44,251 nucleotides of DNA, taken from an uncultured Solibacteraceae bacterium (GTDB taxonomy: Bacteria > Acidobacteriota > Vicinamibacteria > Vicinamibacterales > SCN-69-37). The translations under genes were made by a program, and so were the position numbers. The notes under the pieces were generated by a model. That model made no database searches, was not told the DNA's origin, and was given only the letters and a program-made list of their open reading frames with translations. This document shows, one piece after another, positions 36,545-44,251 of the stretch. Where the stretch lies: NCBI GenBank assembly GCA_964355365.1, contig CAYHEX010000003.1:1-44251 (forward strand), given 5' to 3'. The first letter of the stretch is position 1, and every line of letters begins with the position of its first letter.

Positions 36545-38656
36545 ATGAAGCTTCGCTCAGTGTTCGTCATCGGTCTTGTCGGTTTCCTTGCCCTCCAATC
36601 CGCCAGCGTCTTCACCCAGGCGCCGGCCGCGCCGAGCACGCCGGCCTCACGCCAGTTGCCGCCGCGAGGGATTCGGCGCGACGTGCCGCTGACCAATCAG
36701 ATCAAGCGCGCGATGGCGGCGAACACGCGCGATTTCTCCGGCAAGCCGGGGCCGAACTACTGGCAGACGAAGACCGACTACACGATCAACGTGAAGCTCA
36801 CGCCCGAGACGCAGACGCTGTGGGGCACGGAGACGATTGCGCTCGCCAACAACAGCCCGGTGGACATGCGCGAGATCTATCTGCGCCTCGACCACAACAT
36901 CTTCCGCGTGAACGCGCCGCACCATCCGGCGTCGATGCCGGCCGAACCAACCGACGGCATGGTGGTCACGCGCATCGTGATTGATGGCGTGGACGTGGAC
37001 CTGAAGGCCGCGCCTGCGGGCGGCGGCGGACGCGGCGGCGGTGGCGGGCGCGGCGGCGCGGCCGCGGCTCCGGCAGCGCCGGCCAAGACGATCGCATCGG
37101 GGCTGGATCAGACCGTCGCGCGACTCACGCTCGCCAAGCCAGTACCGTCGAAAGCGACGGTCACACTCGAGATCAGCTGGCACACGAAGCTGCCCGGCGG
37201 TCCGAACGGCCGCGGCCATCGCATGACGCAGCGCTTCGACGACACGCTCTTTCAGCCGACGCAGTGGTATCCGCGCATCGCGAAGTACGACGATCTGCGC
37301 GGCTGGGACACCACGCCCTACATGGGGCCGTCGGAGTTCTACAACAACTTCGGCCGCTTCGACGTGTCGGTGAACGCGCCGGCCGGCTGGATCGTGAGCG
37401 GCACGGGCGTGCTGCAGAATCCGCAGGACGTCCTCACGCCGAAAGCGCGCGAACGCCTGACGAAGGTGCTCGAATCGGACGCGATCACCACGATCGTCGG
37501 ACCCGATGAAGTGGGACCTGGCGTCTCCACGCTGCCCGGCACGCCGAGCGCGGAAGGCAATCGCCTCGTGTGGCGCCGCGTGGCCGACAACGTCAACGAC
37601 TTCGCGTGGGCCGCGGCGAAGAACTTCATCTGGACGGCGACACGCGCGACAATCCCGGGCAAGGGCCCGATTCCGGTGCACATGGTCTATCAGCCCGAGC
37701 GCACCGCGCAGTTCGCCAACGCCGGCCCGATCAGCCGTCACGCGCTCGAGTTCTACTCGAAGCTGTGGGCGCCGTATCCGTTCCCCGTGTTCACGCTGCA
37801 GGACGGCCCGAGCGCGGGTATGGAATATCCGATGGTCATCAACTCCAACCAGGGCGCGGCCGATCACGAAGCCGGTCACCAGTGGTGGCCGATGATGGTC
37901 GGCAACAACGAGACCTGGTACGGCTGGATGGATGAAGGCTTCAACCAGTACATGAACATTCTCTCGGGCGCCGATTCGCGCGGCGTGCCGGCCAACCTCA
38001 ACGGCAACGGCCAGAGCTACGGCAACATGAGCGGCGCGGAAACCGAAGCGCCCATGATGTGGATCGCGAACGACGCCGGCACGGGCTACGGCTACCAGAC
38101 GTACTCGAAGGCGCCGCTCATGCTCTCGATGCTCGGCGGCATTGTGGGCGACGCCGAAGTGCAGCGCGCGCACAGCGAGTACACCAAGACGTGGGCGTTC
38201 AAGCACCCGTCGCCGTGGGACTACATGTTCTTCATGGGCAATCAGCTGAAGCAGGACCTCGGCTGGTTCTGGTACTACTGGCTCTTCACGACCGACGCGG
38301 TGGACGGCGCGATCGACAGCGTCACCACGGCCGGCAGCAAGACGACGGTGACGGTGAAGCAGGATGGACAGATGCCGTCGCCGGTGATTCTCGAGTTCAA
38401 GCTCGCAAAGGGCGGCGCCGTGTTGAAACCGGCGGCCGGCTCGTCACCGAAGATCGAAATGAAGGACGCCGACACGCTGGTCGCCACGTGGCCCGTGGAC
38501 GTGTGGTTCAGCGGCGCGCGCACGTTCAAGGCAACGGTCGACACCGGCGGACGCAAAGTTGAGAGCGTGATGTTCGACCCGGGCTGCCGCTTCCCGGATC
38601 ACGACGCGACGGACAACGTGTGGCCGAAGGGGGCACGGGCGGGGAATTGTAGATAG
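36545..38656 (+). CDS. Secreted M1 family zinc metallopeptidase
   Basis: Signal peptide; PGPNYWQ; AGMEYP; HEAGH...WMDEG (HExxH-x18-E); Gly-rich insert. Confidence 0.92.
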   Translation: MKLRSVFVIGLVGFLALQSASVFTQAPAAPSTPASRQLPPRGIRRDVPLTNQIKRAMAANTRDFSGKPGPNYWQTKTDYTINVKLTPETQTLWGTETIALANNSPVDMREIYLRLDHNIFRVNAPHHPASMPAEPTDGMVVTRIVIDGVDVDLKAAPAGGGGRGGGGGRGGAAAAPAAPAKTIASGLDQTVARLTLAKPVPSKATVTLEISWHTKLPGGPNGRGHRMTQRFDDTLFQPTQWYPRIAKYDDLRGWDTTPYMGPSEFYNNFGRFDVSVNAPAGWIVSGTGVLQNPQDVLTPKARERLTKVLESDAITTIVGPDEVGPGVSTLPGTPSAEGNRLVWRRVADNVNDFAWAAAKNFIWTATRATIPGKGPIPVHMVYQPERTAQFANAGPISRHALEFYSKLWAPYPFPVFTLQDGPSAGMEYPMVINSNQGAADHEAGHQWWPMMVGNNETWYGWMDEGFNQYMNILSGADSRGVPANLNGNGQSYGNMSGAETEAPMMWIANDAGTGYGYQTYSKAPLMLSMLGGIVGDAEVQRAHSEYTKTWAFKHPSPWDYMFFMGNQLKQDLGWFWYYWLFTTDAVDGAIDSVTTAGSKTTVTVKQDGQMPSPVILEFKLAKGGAVLKPAAGSSPKIEMKDADTLVATWPVDVWFSGARTFKATVDTGGRKVESVMFDPGCRFPDHDATDNVWPKGARAGNCR

Positions 38657-38821
38657 GTCCAGAGTCCCGGGTGCCGGGTCCCGAGTTCAGTCCAGAGTCC
38701 CGGGTTCGTCCCGGGTCCCGGGGCTGGACTCAAATCCCGGGACCGGACTCAAACTCGGGACCGTCCAGGACGAACTCCGGACCCGCTGTTCGGACCGAAC
38801 CCGGGACCCGGCCCCCGGGAC
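38657..38821. repeat. Cluster of GTCCCGGG/CCCGGGAC short repeats between convergent genes (possible bidirectional terminator)
   Basis: GTCCAGAGTCCCGGGT at 38657 and 38690. Left half is mostly GTCCCGGG units, right half mostly the inverse CCCGGGAC. Confidence 0.7.
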
Positions 38822-39274
38822 TCAGAACCCAAACTGTTTGAGATGGTGATCGACGTGCTTGAACTGCGTCTGCCCCCACTCGGCGCCGGTCATCCGGCCG
38901 AAGAACCCGTGCACGTGACCGTCGCAGCCGCGCTCGCCGAGCGCATGGAACTGCCCGAGTAACCCAACGATCCGAGCTTTGGTCGCGGCGAAGTCCGGCT
39001 CGTCCTTGATGATGAAATCCGGACCGGTGGGGCTGTTCTTCGGGAACGGCTTCTCGCTCACGAAGTCCTTGCGAAAGAACCCGCCGATCAGCTTTCCGAG
39101 AAACATCTGCGGCCGCTGGCGTGTGCCGATCGCCATCTCGAGCGCGCGCGACGCGTGTTCGAGCGCCTGCGCGGGCGACATCTTGCCCCACCGGCGCGGC
39201 GCGTCCACGCGCAAGGACTCCACGCGACGAACGATGTCCTGATACGTCTGAGCATCAAACAGTGTCTGCATCAC
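38822..39274 (-). CDS. DinB-like DUF1569 family protein
   Basis: RRWGKMSPAQALEH, HGFFGRMTGAEWG...KHVDHHLKQF His motif. Confidence 0.88.
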   Translation of the reverse strand: MMQTLFDAQTYQDIVRRVESLRVDAPRRWGKMSPAQALEHASRALEMAIGTRQRPQMFLGKLIGGFFRKDFVSEKPFPKNSPTGPDFIIKDEPDFAATKARIVGLLGQFHALGERGCDGHVHGFFGRMTGAEWGQTQFKHVDHHLKQFGF

Positions 39275-39456
39275 CCCAGTCTCCTTGCCGCTGCGACCAT
39301 CCGTGTGTCGAAGCTCGAAAACTCTACATCGTCTTCGCTGCGTTCGAGCACCTGTACGAATGTGGCGAGGTGGACGGCGTCAAAGCCGCGCAGGTCGTGT
39401 TTCTCCGAGAGGTCGCCGGCAGAGCGCGCGAGATCGTCTGTGACACTGATCGTCAT
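39271..39456 (-). pseudogene. vapC: C-terminal remnant of a VapC/PIN toxin
   Basis: AGDLSEKHDLRGFDAVHLA...FSSFDTRMVAAAR. The N-terminal DTS motif and a vapB gene are absent. Confidence 0.75.
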
Positions 39457-39487
39457 CCTCCGGCGCCGTCTCTGTTATCCTCCGCCC

Positions 39488-40276
39488 ATGCGCGCCGACC
39501 CGCACGCCGACGAAGTAGCCGCACTTGCGGCGCGCCTCGAGCGCGAGCATCCCATCCGCCTCCAGATGCTCGCCGTGGTGAGCCTCGCCGCGCTCGCCGG
39601 CTTCCTCGTCTCGTTCACGCTCCTCCACCTCGGCCTGACGACGATGGCGATTCGCTACGCGATCGCGACGGCCGCCGGCTACGCGGTCTTTGTCGTGTCG
39701 GTGCGCATCTGGCTGCTCGGCCGCGATGCGTCGTCACACATGCGCGATGAGGGCGGCGGGTGGCGCGGACTGAATCTCAACGGACTCGGCCGAATCGGGG
39801 GCCGCGCAGCGTCGCAGACCGGCGAATCGCTCTTCAAAGGCGGCCGCTCCGGAGGCGCCGGCGCGAGCGGGTCGTTCGGTTCGCCGGACGCCGGACAGAC
39901 GCAGATGCTCGCAATGTCGGCAGCGCAGTCCCAGCCGTCGTCCAGCGGACTGCCGGGCCTCGGCAAGCTCAAGATCGGCGGCGGCAAGAAGAGTGCGGGC
40001 GCGATCATCGTGATCGCGCTGATCGTGATCGGCATCGCGATTGTGGGCCGCGTCGTGTGGCAGTCGCCGCATCTGATTGCCGAGATGCTCGTGGATGGCG
40101 CCGTCGCCGGTTCGGCCATCCGCGGCGCCGCGCGCGCGCAACGCCAGCGCGACATCGACGTCGTCTCTCACACCTGGATCCCGGCGCTGATCGTCCTGGT
40201 GTTGATGGTGACGATCGGGGTCGTCGGCCAGAACGTCATGCCCGAGGCTGTGTCGATCGGCGATCTGTTTCGATGA
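39488..40276 (+). CDS. Hypothetical membrane protein
   Basis: About 4-5 hydrophobic helices with a Gly/Ser-rich loop (FKGGRSGGAGASGSF); ATG 39488; ATGA overlap with the next gene. Confidence 0.72.
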   Translation: MRADPHADEVAALAARLEREHPIRLQMLAVVSLAALAGFLVSFTLLHLGLTTMAIRYAIATAAGYAVFVVSVRIWLLGRDASSHMRDEGGGWRGLNLNGLGRIGGRAASQTGESLFKGGRSGGAGASGSFGSPDAGQTQMLAMSAAQSQPSSSGLPGLGKLKIGGGKKSAGAIIVIALIVIGIAIVGRVVWQSPHLIAEMLVDGAVAGSAIRGAARAQRQRDIDVVSHTWIPALIVLVLMVTIGVVGQNVMPEAVSIGDLFR

Positions 40277-41457
40277 CGCGTCGCCTCCCAACCCGTCGTC
40301 AGTTCCTCGAAACCGGCGCGCTGGCCGGCGCCGGCCTCGCGCTGCAGTGGCCGGCCGCGCTGTGGGCACAGACCAACGGCCTCTCGTTCTTCGTGATCTC
40401 CGACACGCACATGCTCGCCGACGCCACGGCGATGACGACGGTCGAACCATCGCGGCTGGCGCTCAACGAACGACTCATCGACGTGCTGAACGGCCTGCCT
40501 GGGCAGTTGCTGCCGGCCGGCATCGGCGGCGGGCGCGTGGCGGCACCGCGCGGAGTGCTGCACCTCGGCGACATGGCGGATTCGGGCGACAAGCTGGGCG
40601 CCGATCACGAACTCATGACGGCCACCGAGTGGGCGGCCCACACGCGCCTCTACGGACTCACCGGCAAGGACGGACGCCTCCGCTTTCCCCTCTACGAACT
40701 GCACGGCAATCACGACTCGCCGCGCAGGGCCAACATCACGATTCAAGGACTGATCGCGCGCAACGCGAAGCGACACCGCGCGAATGGCCTCACAGCCGTC
40801 TCACCCAACGGCCTGCACTACTCCTGGGACTGGAACGGCATCCACTTCGTAGCGCTCGGCATCGTCGTCGGCGCCAACGAAGACGACCTGCCGATCAGCC
40901 GCTACGGCTCCTACAGCTCGCTCGCGTTTCTCGACAAGGACTTGCGCACGCATGTGCGCAACAGCGGCCGCCCGGTGATCCTGCTGCAGCACGTGGACCT
41001 GCAGCGCTACAGCAAACCCTGCGACGACTCGATGAAGGGCGGCAGCCGCGCCATGTGCTGCGAGGGGATGGCGAAGATCGCGTGGCACAGCAAGGACTGC
41101 CCGCAGCACGCCAGCGGCATCAGCATGGATGAATGGAGCGCGTGCGATGTGCAGGCGTATCACCGCGTCATCGCGCCGTACAACGTCGCGGCGATCTTCC
41201 ACGGGCACCTGCACGCACGCCGGATCGACACGTGGGACGGCCGCGTCATCGATGCGCCGAGCGGCATTCCCGTGTTCGGCGCGAAGAACGCCGGCGCGGG
41301 CGGCGCAAATCGCGCGTTCTTCTACTGTCAGGTGGAAGGCAACGACCTGGTGGTGCGCGAGTACCAGTCCATCGGCGAAGACGGCTGGAGCCGGGATCGC
41401 TCAGAGATGCGCTGGGAAGCTCACGTGTGGCGCGCGCCGCTGAAACGCCCGCGCTAG
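40273..41457 (+). CDS. Tat-exported calcineurin-like metallophosphoesterase
   Basis: TRRQFL twin-arginine signal; SDTH, LGDMAD, GNHD, LLQH and GHLH motifs. Confidence 0.9.
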   Translation: MTRRLPTRRQFLETGALAGAGLALQWPAALWAQTNGLSFFVISDTHMLADATAMTTVEPSRLALNERLIDVLNGLPGQLLPAGIGGGRVAAPRGVLHLGDMADSGDKLGADHELMTATEWAAHTRLYGLTGKDGRLRFPLYELHGNHDSPRRANITIQGLIARNAKRHRANGLTAVSPNGLHYSWDWNGIHFVALGIVVGANEDDLPISRYGSYSSLAFLDKDLRTHVRNSGRPVILLQHVDLQRYSKPCDDSMKGGSRAMCCEGMAKIAWHSKDCPQHASGISMDEWSACDVQAYHRVIAPYNVAAIFHGHLHARRIDTWDGRVIDAPSGIPVFGAKNAGAGGANRAFFYCQVEGNDLVVREYQSIGEDGWSRDRSEMRWEAHVWRAPLKRPR

Positions 41458-42419
41458 GGCGTGCGGCCCGCGAGAATCGTCTGCAGCCTCGCAGCGTCCA
41501 TGTTCCCGCCCGACATGATCGCCACCATGCGCTGACCGCGATGCCGGTCGCGGCACTTGTGCGCGGCGGCCATCGCGGCGGCGCCGGCGCCCTCGGCCAG
41601 ATTGTGCGTTGATCTGAGCGCCATGCGGACGCCTTCGGCCAGTTCGTCCTCGCTGAGCAGCACGAAGTCATCGAGGTAGCGCTTCAGCAGATCGAATGTG
41701 AGGTCAAAGGTCACGCGCGTGGCCACGCCTTCAGCGAACGTATTCGCTGAGGTGCCAACAACACGCTCGGCTCCGCGCCAGGAGCGGCAGACGGCATCCG
41801 CGTTCTCGGCGCCGACGCCGATGATGCGCGTCTTCGGGCTGAGCGCGTTGCGCACGGTGATGAGGCCGCATGCGCCGCTGCCGCCGCCGATCGGCACATA
41901 GATCACATCGATGTCCGCCAGCGCCTCGAAGATCTCGAGCGCGTAGGTGCCGACGCCGGCGAGGAGCAGCGGCTCGTTCGCGGAATGCACGTAGCGCGCG
42001 CCCGTCTCCTCCGCGCGCCGCTGGCACCGCTCGCGCGCCTCGTCGAAGTCCCGGCCGCCTTCGTCCACGGTGGCGCCGAACGCGCGCATCGCCGCGTTCT
42101 TCTCCGGGTTGTTGCCGACAGGCACGAACACGGTGCACGCGATGCCATGTTCCCGGCACGCCATGCCGATCGACTGGCCGTGATTGCCGGTGCTGGCCGT
42201 GACGACGCCGCGCAGGCGCTCGTCGGCCGAGAGCGCGCCGATGAGGTTCAGGCCGCCACGGATCTTGAACGCGCCGGTCGGGTTGTGGTTTTCGTGCTTG
42301 ATCCAGAGTTCGAGACCGGTCTCCGCATCGAGCAGCGGATGCCGCATCAGGGGCGTCGGGTGAACGATGGGCGCGATGCGCTCGCGCGCCGCGTGGATGT
42401 CGGCGAGGGTCGGTGACAC
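41454..42419 (-). CDS. PLP-dependent threonine/serine dehydratase family protein (no ACT domain)
   Basis: KHENHNPTGAFKIRG, ASTGNHG, PIGGGSG, AEGAGAA, SGGN. Confidence 0.93.
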   Translation of the reverse strand: MSPTLADIHAARERIAPIVHPTPLMRHPLLDAETGLELWIKHENHNPTGAFKIRGGLNLIGALSADERLRGVVTASTGNHGQSIGMACREHGIACTVFVPVGNNPEKNAAMRAFGATVDEGGRDFDEARERCQRRAEETGARYVHSANEPLLLAGVGTYALEIFEALADIDVIYVPIGGGSGACGLITVRNALSPKTRIIGVGAENADAVCRSWRGAERVVGTSANTFAEGVATRVTFDLTFDLLKRYLDDFVLLSEDELAEGVRMALRSTHNLAEGAGAAAMAAAHKCRDRHRGQRMVAIMSGGNMDAARLQTILAGRTP

Positions 42420-42490
42420 GCGCGCGACTATATCGCACGCATCGCGCCTCTCCGGTTTCTGCGATGATTAGAGGCTGCAGGAGGGTTCAC

Positions 42491-43762
42491 ATGCCCGACT
42501 CTCTGTTCGCTCGCGCCAATCCGTGGCTTCGGGTCCTCAGCATTGCTGCCGGCCTCGGGATGATCGTCTTCTCGCTCCTCACCATCCAGCACTTCTTCGC
42601 CGCGAACTATCCCGTGACGATCTTCGCGGGTTCCTTCTGCGACATCAACACGTTCTTCAATTGCGAGAGCTCGGCGAAGTCGCCCATCTCGCAGCTCTTC
42701 GGCGTGCCCATCGGCACCTTCGGGGTGATGGCCGGCGCGCTCGTCGTCCTCGGCACGCTGTTCCCATCCGAGCGGCTGACGCGAACCAACCGCAGCCTCG
42801 CGCCGCTCTACGCGCTCGGCGCCGTCGCGCTCCTGCTGTTCTCCGTGCTGTATCACGGCAGCGTGTGCTTGCTCTGCAGCGGCTTCTACGTGTCGTCGTG
42901 GCTGAGCCTCTGGGTGTTCTGGCGAGCCGGCCGGACCGAAGACGTCGCACTCGGTGGCCCATGGCTTCGCCCGTCGGCGGCCGTGCTTGCCACGGCCGCG
43001 GTCGTGGTCGGCGGCGGCGCGTGGGGCATGCGGCTGTATCACGACGCGCGTCAGGACGCGCAGCGCGGCGGCATCGCCACACGCATCGTCCGTCAGTACT
43101 ACGCGCTCGCGGTCGTGCCGATGCCGAGCGTGATCTCGCCGTACTACGTGGTGAAGTCCACCGAACGCTTCGAAGACGCGCCCGTCCGCGTCATCGCCTA
43201 CGAGGACCTGCTGTGCCCGGACTGCAAACTGCTAGCCGAGCAGTTCGCGCGGCTCGAGACAGAGTTCACGGGGAAACTGAACATCGTCTTTCAGTTCTTC
43301 CCGCTGGAGGGCAAGTGCAACGACGTGGTCGCCAAGGATCTGCACCCCGGCGCGTGCGAGTTGTCGTACATCGCCGCGCACGACCCCGCGAAGTTCCGGG
43401 CCATCTACGACGAGGTGTTTGCGAACGCGCGCGATGCGCGCATTCCGGAATGGCGTGCGGCGCTGGCCCGCAAATACGGCGTCGACGCCGGACCGACCGA
43501 CCCGCGCACCCAGGAGATCGTGCGCCGGATCCTCAGCACGGGCGCCGAGTACGACAAGACGTCGGACAAATACGCCCACGGCATCCGGTCGACGCCCACG
43601 ATGATCATCAACGGACGTATGGTGATCGGCACGCTGCCGTACGAGCAGATGCGCGCGCTCTTCCAGGCGCTCGTCGATGAGTCGACGGCGGGCACCGGCT
43701 TCATCGAGAACTGGGTGCGGCCGGCGGACCGCGCGAAGGAACTCGGCCCCGCCCGGAAGTAG
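42491..43762 (+). CDS. VKOR-DsbA/thioredoxin fusion (disulfide bond formation)
   Basis: VKOR loop CDINTFFNC, FGVPIG, active-site CLLC; C-terminal DsbA-like CPDC, FFPLEGKCN and cis-Pro STPT. Confidence 0.88.
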   Translation: MPDSLFARANPWLRVLSIAAGLGMIVFSLLTIQHFFAANYPVTIFAGSFCDINTFFNCESSAKSPISQLFGVPIGTFGVMAGALVVLGTLFPSERLTRTNRSLAPLYALGAVALLLFSVLYHGSVCLLCSGFYVSSWLSLWVFWRAGRTEDVALGGPWLRPSAAVLATAAVVVGGGAWGMRLYHDARQDAQRGGIATRIVRQYYALAVVPMPSVISPYYVVKSTERFEDAPVRVIAYEDLLCPDCKLLAEQFARLETEFTGKLNIVFQFFPLEGKCNDVVAKDLHPGACELSYIAAHDPAKFRAIYDEVFANARDARIPEWRAALARKYGVDAGPTDPRTQEIVRRILSTGAEYDKTSDKYAHGIRSTPTMIINGRMVIGTLPYEQMRALFQALVDESTAGTGFIENWVRPADRAKELGPARK

Positions 43763-43763
43763 C

Positions 43764-44021
43764 TCAGTCGATCGTCAGGTCGAACACCTCGAGGAGCGCA
43801 TCGCCGAGCGCGGTGAGCTGTTGTGCCGGAAGCCGCGACAACGGGCCCTTGACGAGACGGCGATTGTCGATCGCGCGCACCTGATCGATCAACGCGTCCG
43901 AGTCCTTCTTCAACGATCCGGCGGCTCGAATTCGAAACCTGAGTGGCTCGGCGTCATCGACGAGTTGGGTCGTCAGCGGCACCACGAGGGTTGACGGATG
44001 CTCCGCATCCAGGAGCGCCTG
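43764..44021 (-). pseudogene. PemK/MazF family toxin, 5'-truncated
   Basis: QALLDAEHPSTLVVPLTT...SDALIDQVRAIDNRRL. The expected N-terminal RGEIW...KxRP segment is missing and replaced by unrelated sequence. Confidence 0.8.
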
Positions 44022-44251
44022 CCCGGCAGCGCGCTCGCCGAGAAGGCGGGCATGGCGCTCGCCGACTTCTACTACGACCGCCGCGACATGTCCCTGGCGG
44101 CCGAGGCGTACGACCTCTTCGTGCAGAACTACCCGCGCTCCACGCAGGCGGACAAGGCGCGCCTGCGCCTGATCGCCTCGCACTGCTCCGGCTACCGAGG
44201 CCCGGAGTTCGATGACAAGGGACTGCTGGAAGCATCCAGCAAGCTGCGTGC
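43998..44251 (+). CDS. Partial TPR/BamD-like protein fragment running off the window end
   Basis: Open frame not in the ORF track (no stop codon): MLRIQERLPGSALAEKAGMALADFYYDRRDMSLAAEAYDLFVQNYPRSTQADKARLRL, with TPR-type YPxSxxA motif and strong GC3 codon bias. Confidence 0.65.
   Translation, partial: MLRIQERLPGSALAEKAGMALADFYYDRRDMSLAAEAYDLFVQNYPRSTQADKARLRLIASHCSGYRGPEFDDKGLLEASSKLR

Noticed and set aside
37010-37085. GGC-rich repeat inside the M1 peptidase gene
   Set aside because: In-frame Gly/Arg/Ala low-complexity linker, not a separate element.
42491-43762. VKOR-DsbA fusion as a novel system
   Set aside because: VKOR-thioredoxin/DsbA fusions are an established disulfide-formation architecture.

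Overview
A 44 kb high-GC bacterial window. Gene content and Gly-rich protein style suggest Acidobacteriota (Vicinamibacterales-like); this is an inference, not a database result. About 24 kb (2604-26950) is a dense signal-transduction island with 9 histidine kinases (3 ending in Hpt domains) and 7 response regulators. It also holds three stand-alone putative sensor or accessory proteins: an H-NOX heme protein coupled to an HNOBA-GAF-PAS hybrid kinase (a split soluble-guanylate-cyclase-like layout), an isochorismatase-family protein with Gly in place of the catalytic Asp lying 13 nt upstream of a hybrid kinase, and a CarH-like cobalamin-binding protein with a Cys/His zinc-finger-like N-terminus instead of the MerR HTH, coupled to another kinase. 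Together these are the best candidate for an undescribed NO/O2/redox/light-integrating system. The left flank has a DUF481-like barrel and an MFS transporter. The right part has a large secreted MBG/Ig-repeat protein, a lipoprotein whose 3' end is duplicated around a 2 kb higBA islet, a small ORF + nucleotidyltransferase pair, an RCK K+ channel, a PilZ protein, an M1 peptidase, DUF1569, a VapC remnant, a Tat metallophosphoesterase, a Ser/Thr dehydratase and a VKOR-DsbA fusion. The window ends in a truncated PemK/MazF gene joined to an opposite-strand BamD/TPR-like fragment, probably an assembly chimera. I saw no rRNA, tRNA, CRISPR array, integrase or transposase.
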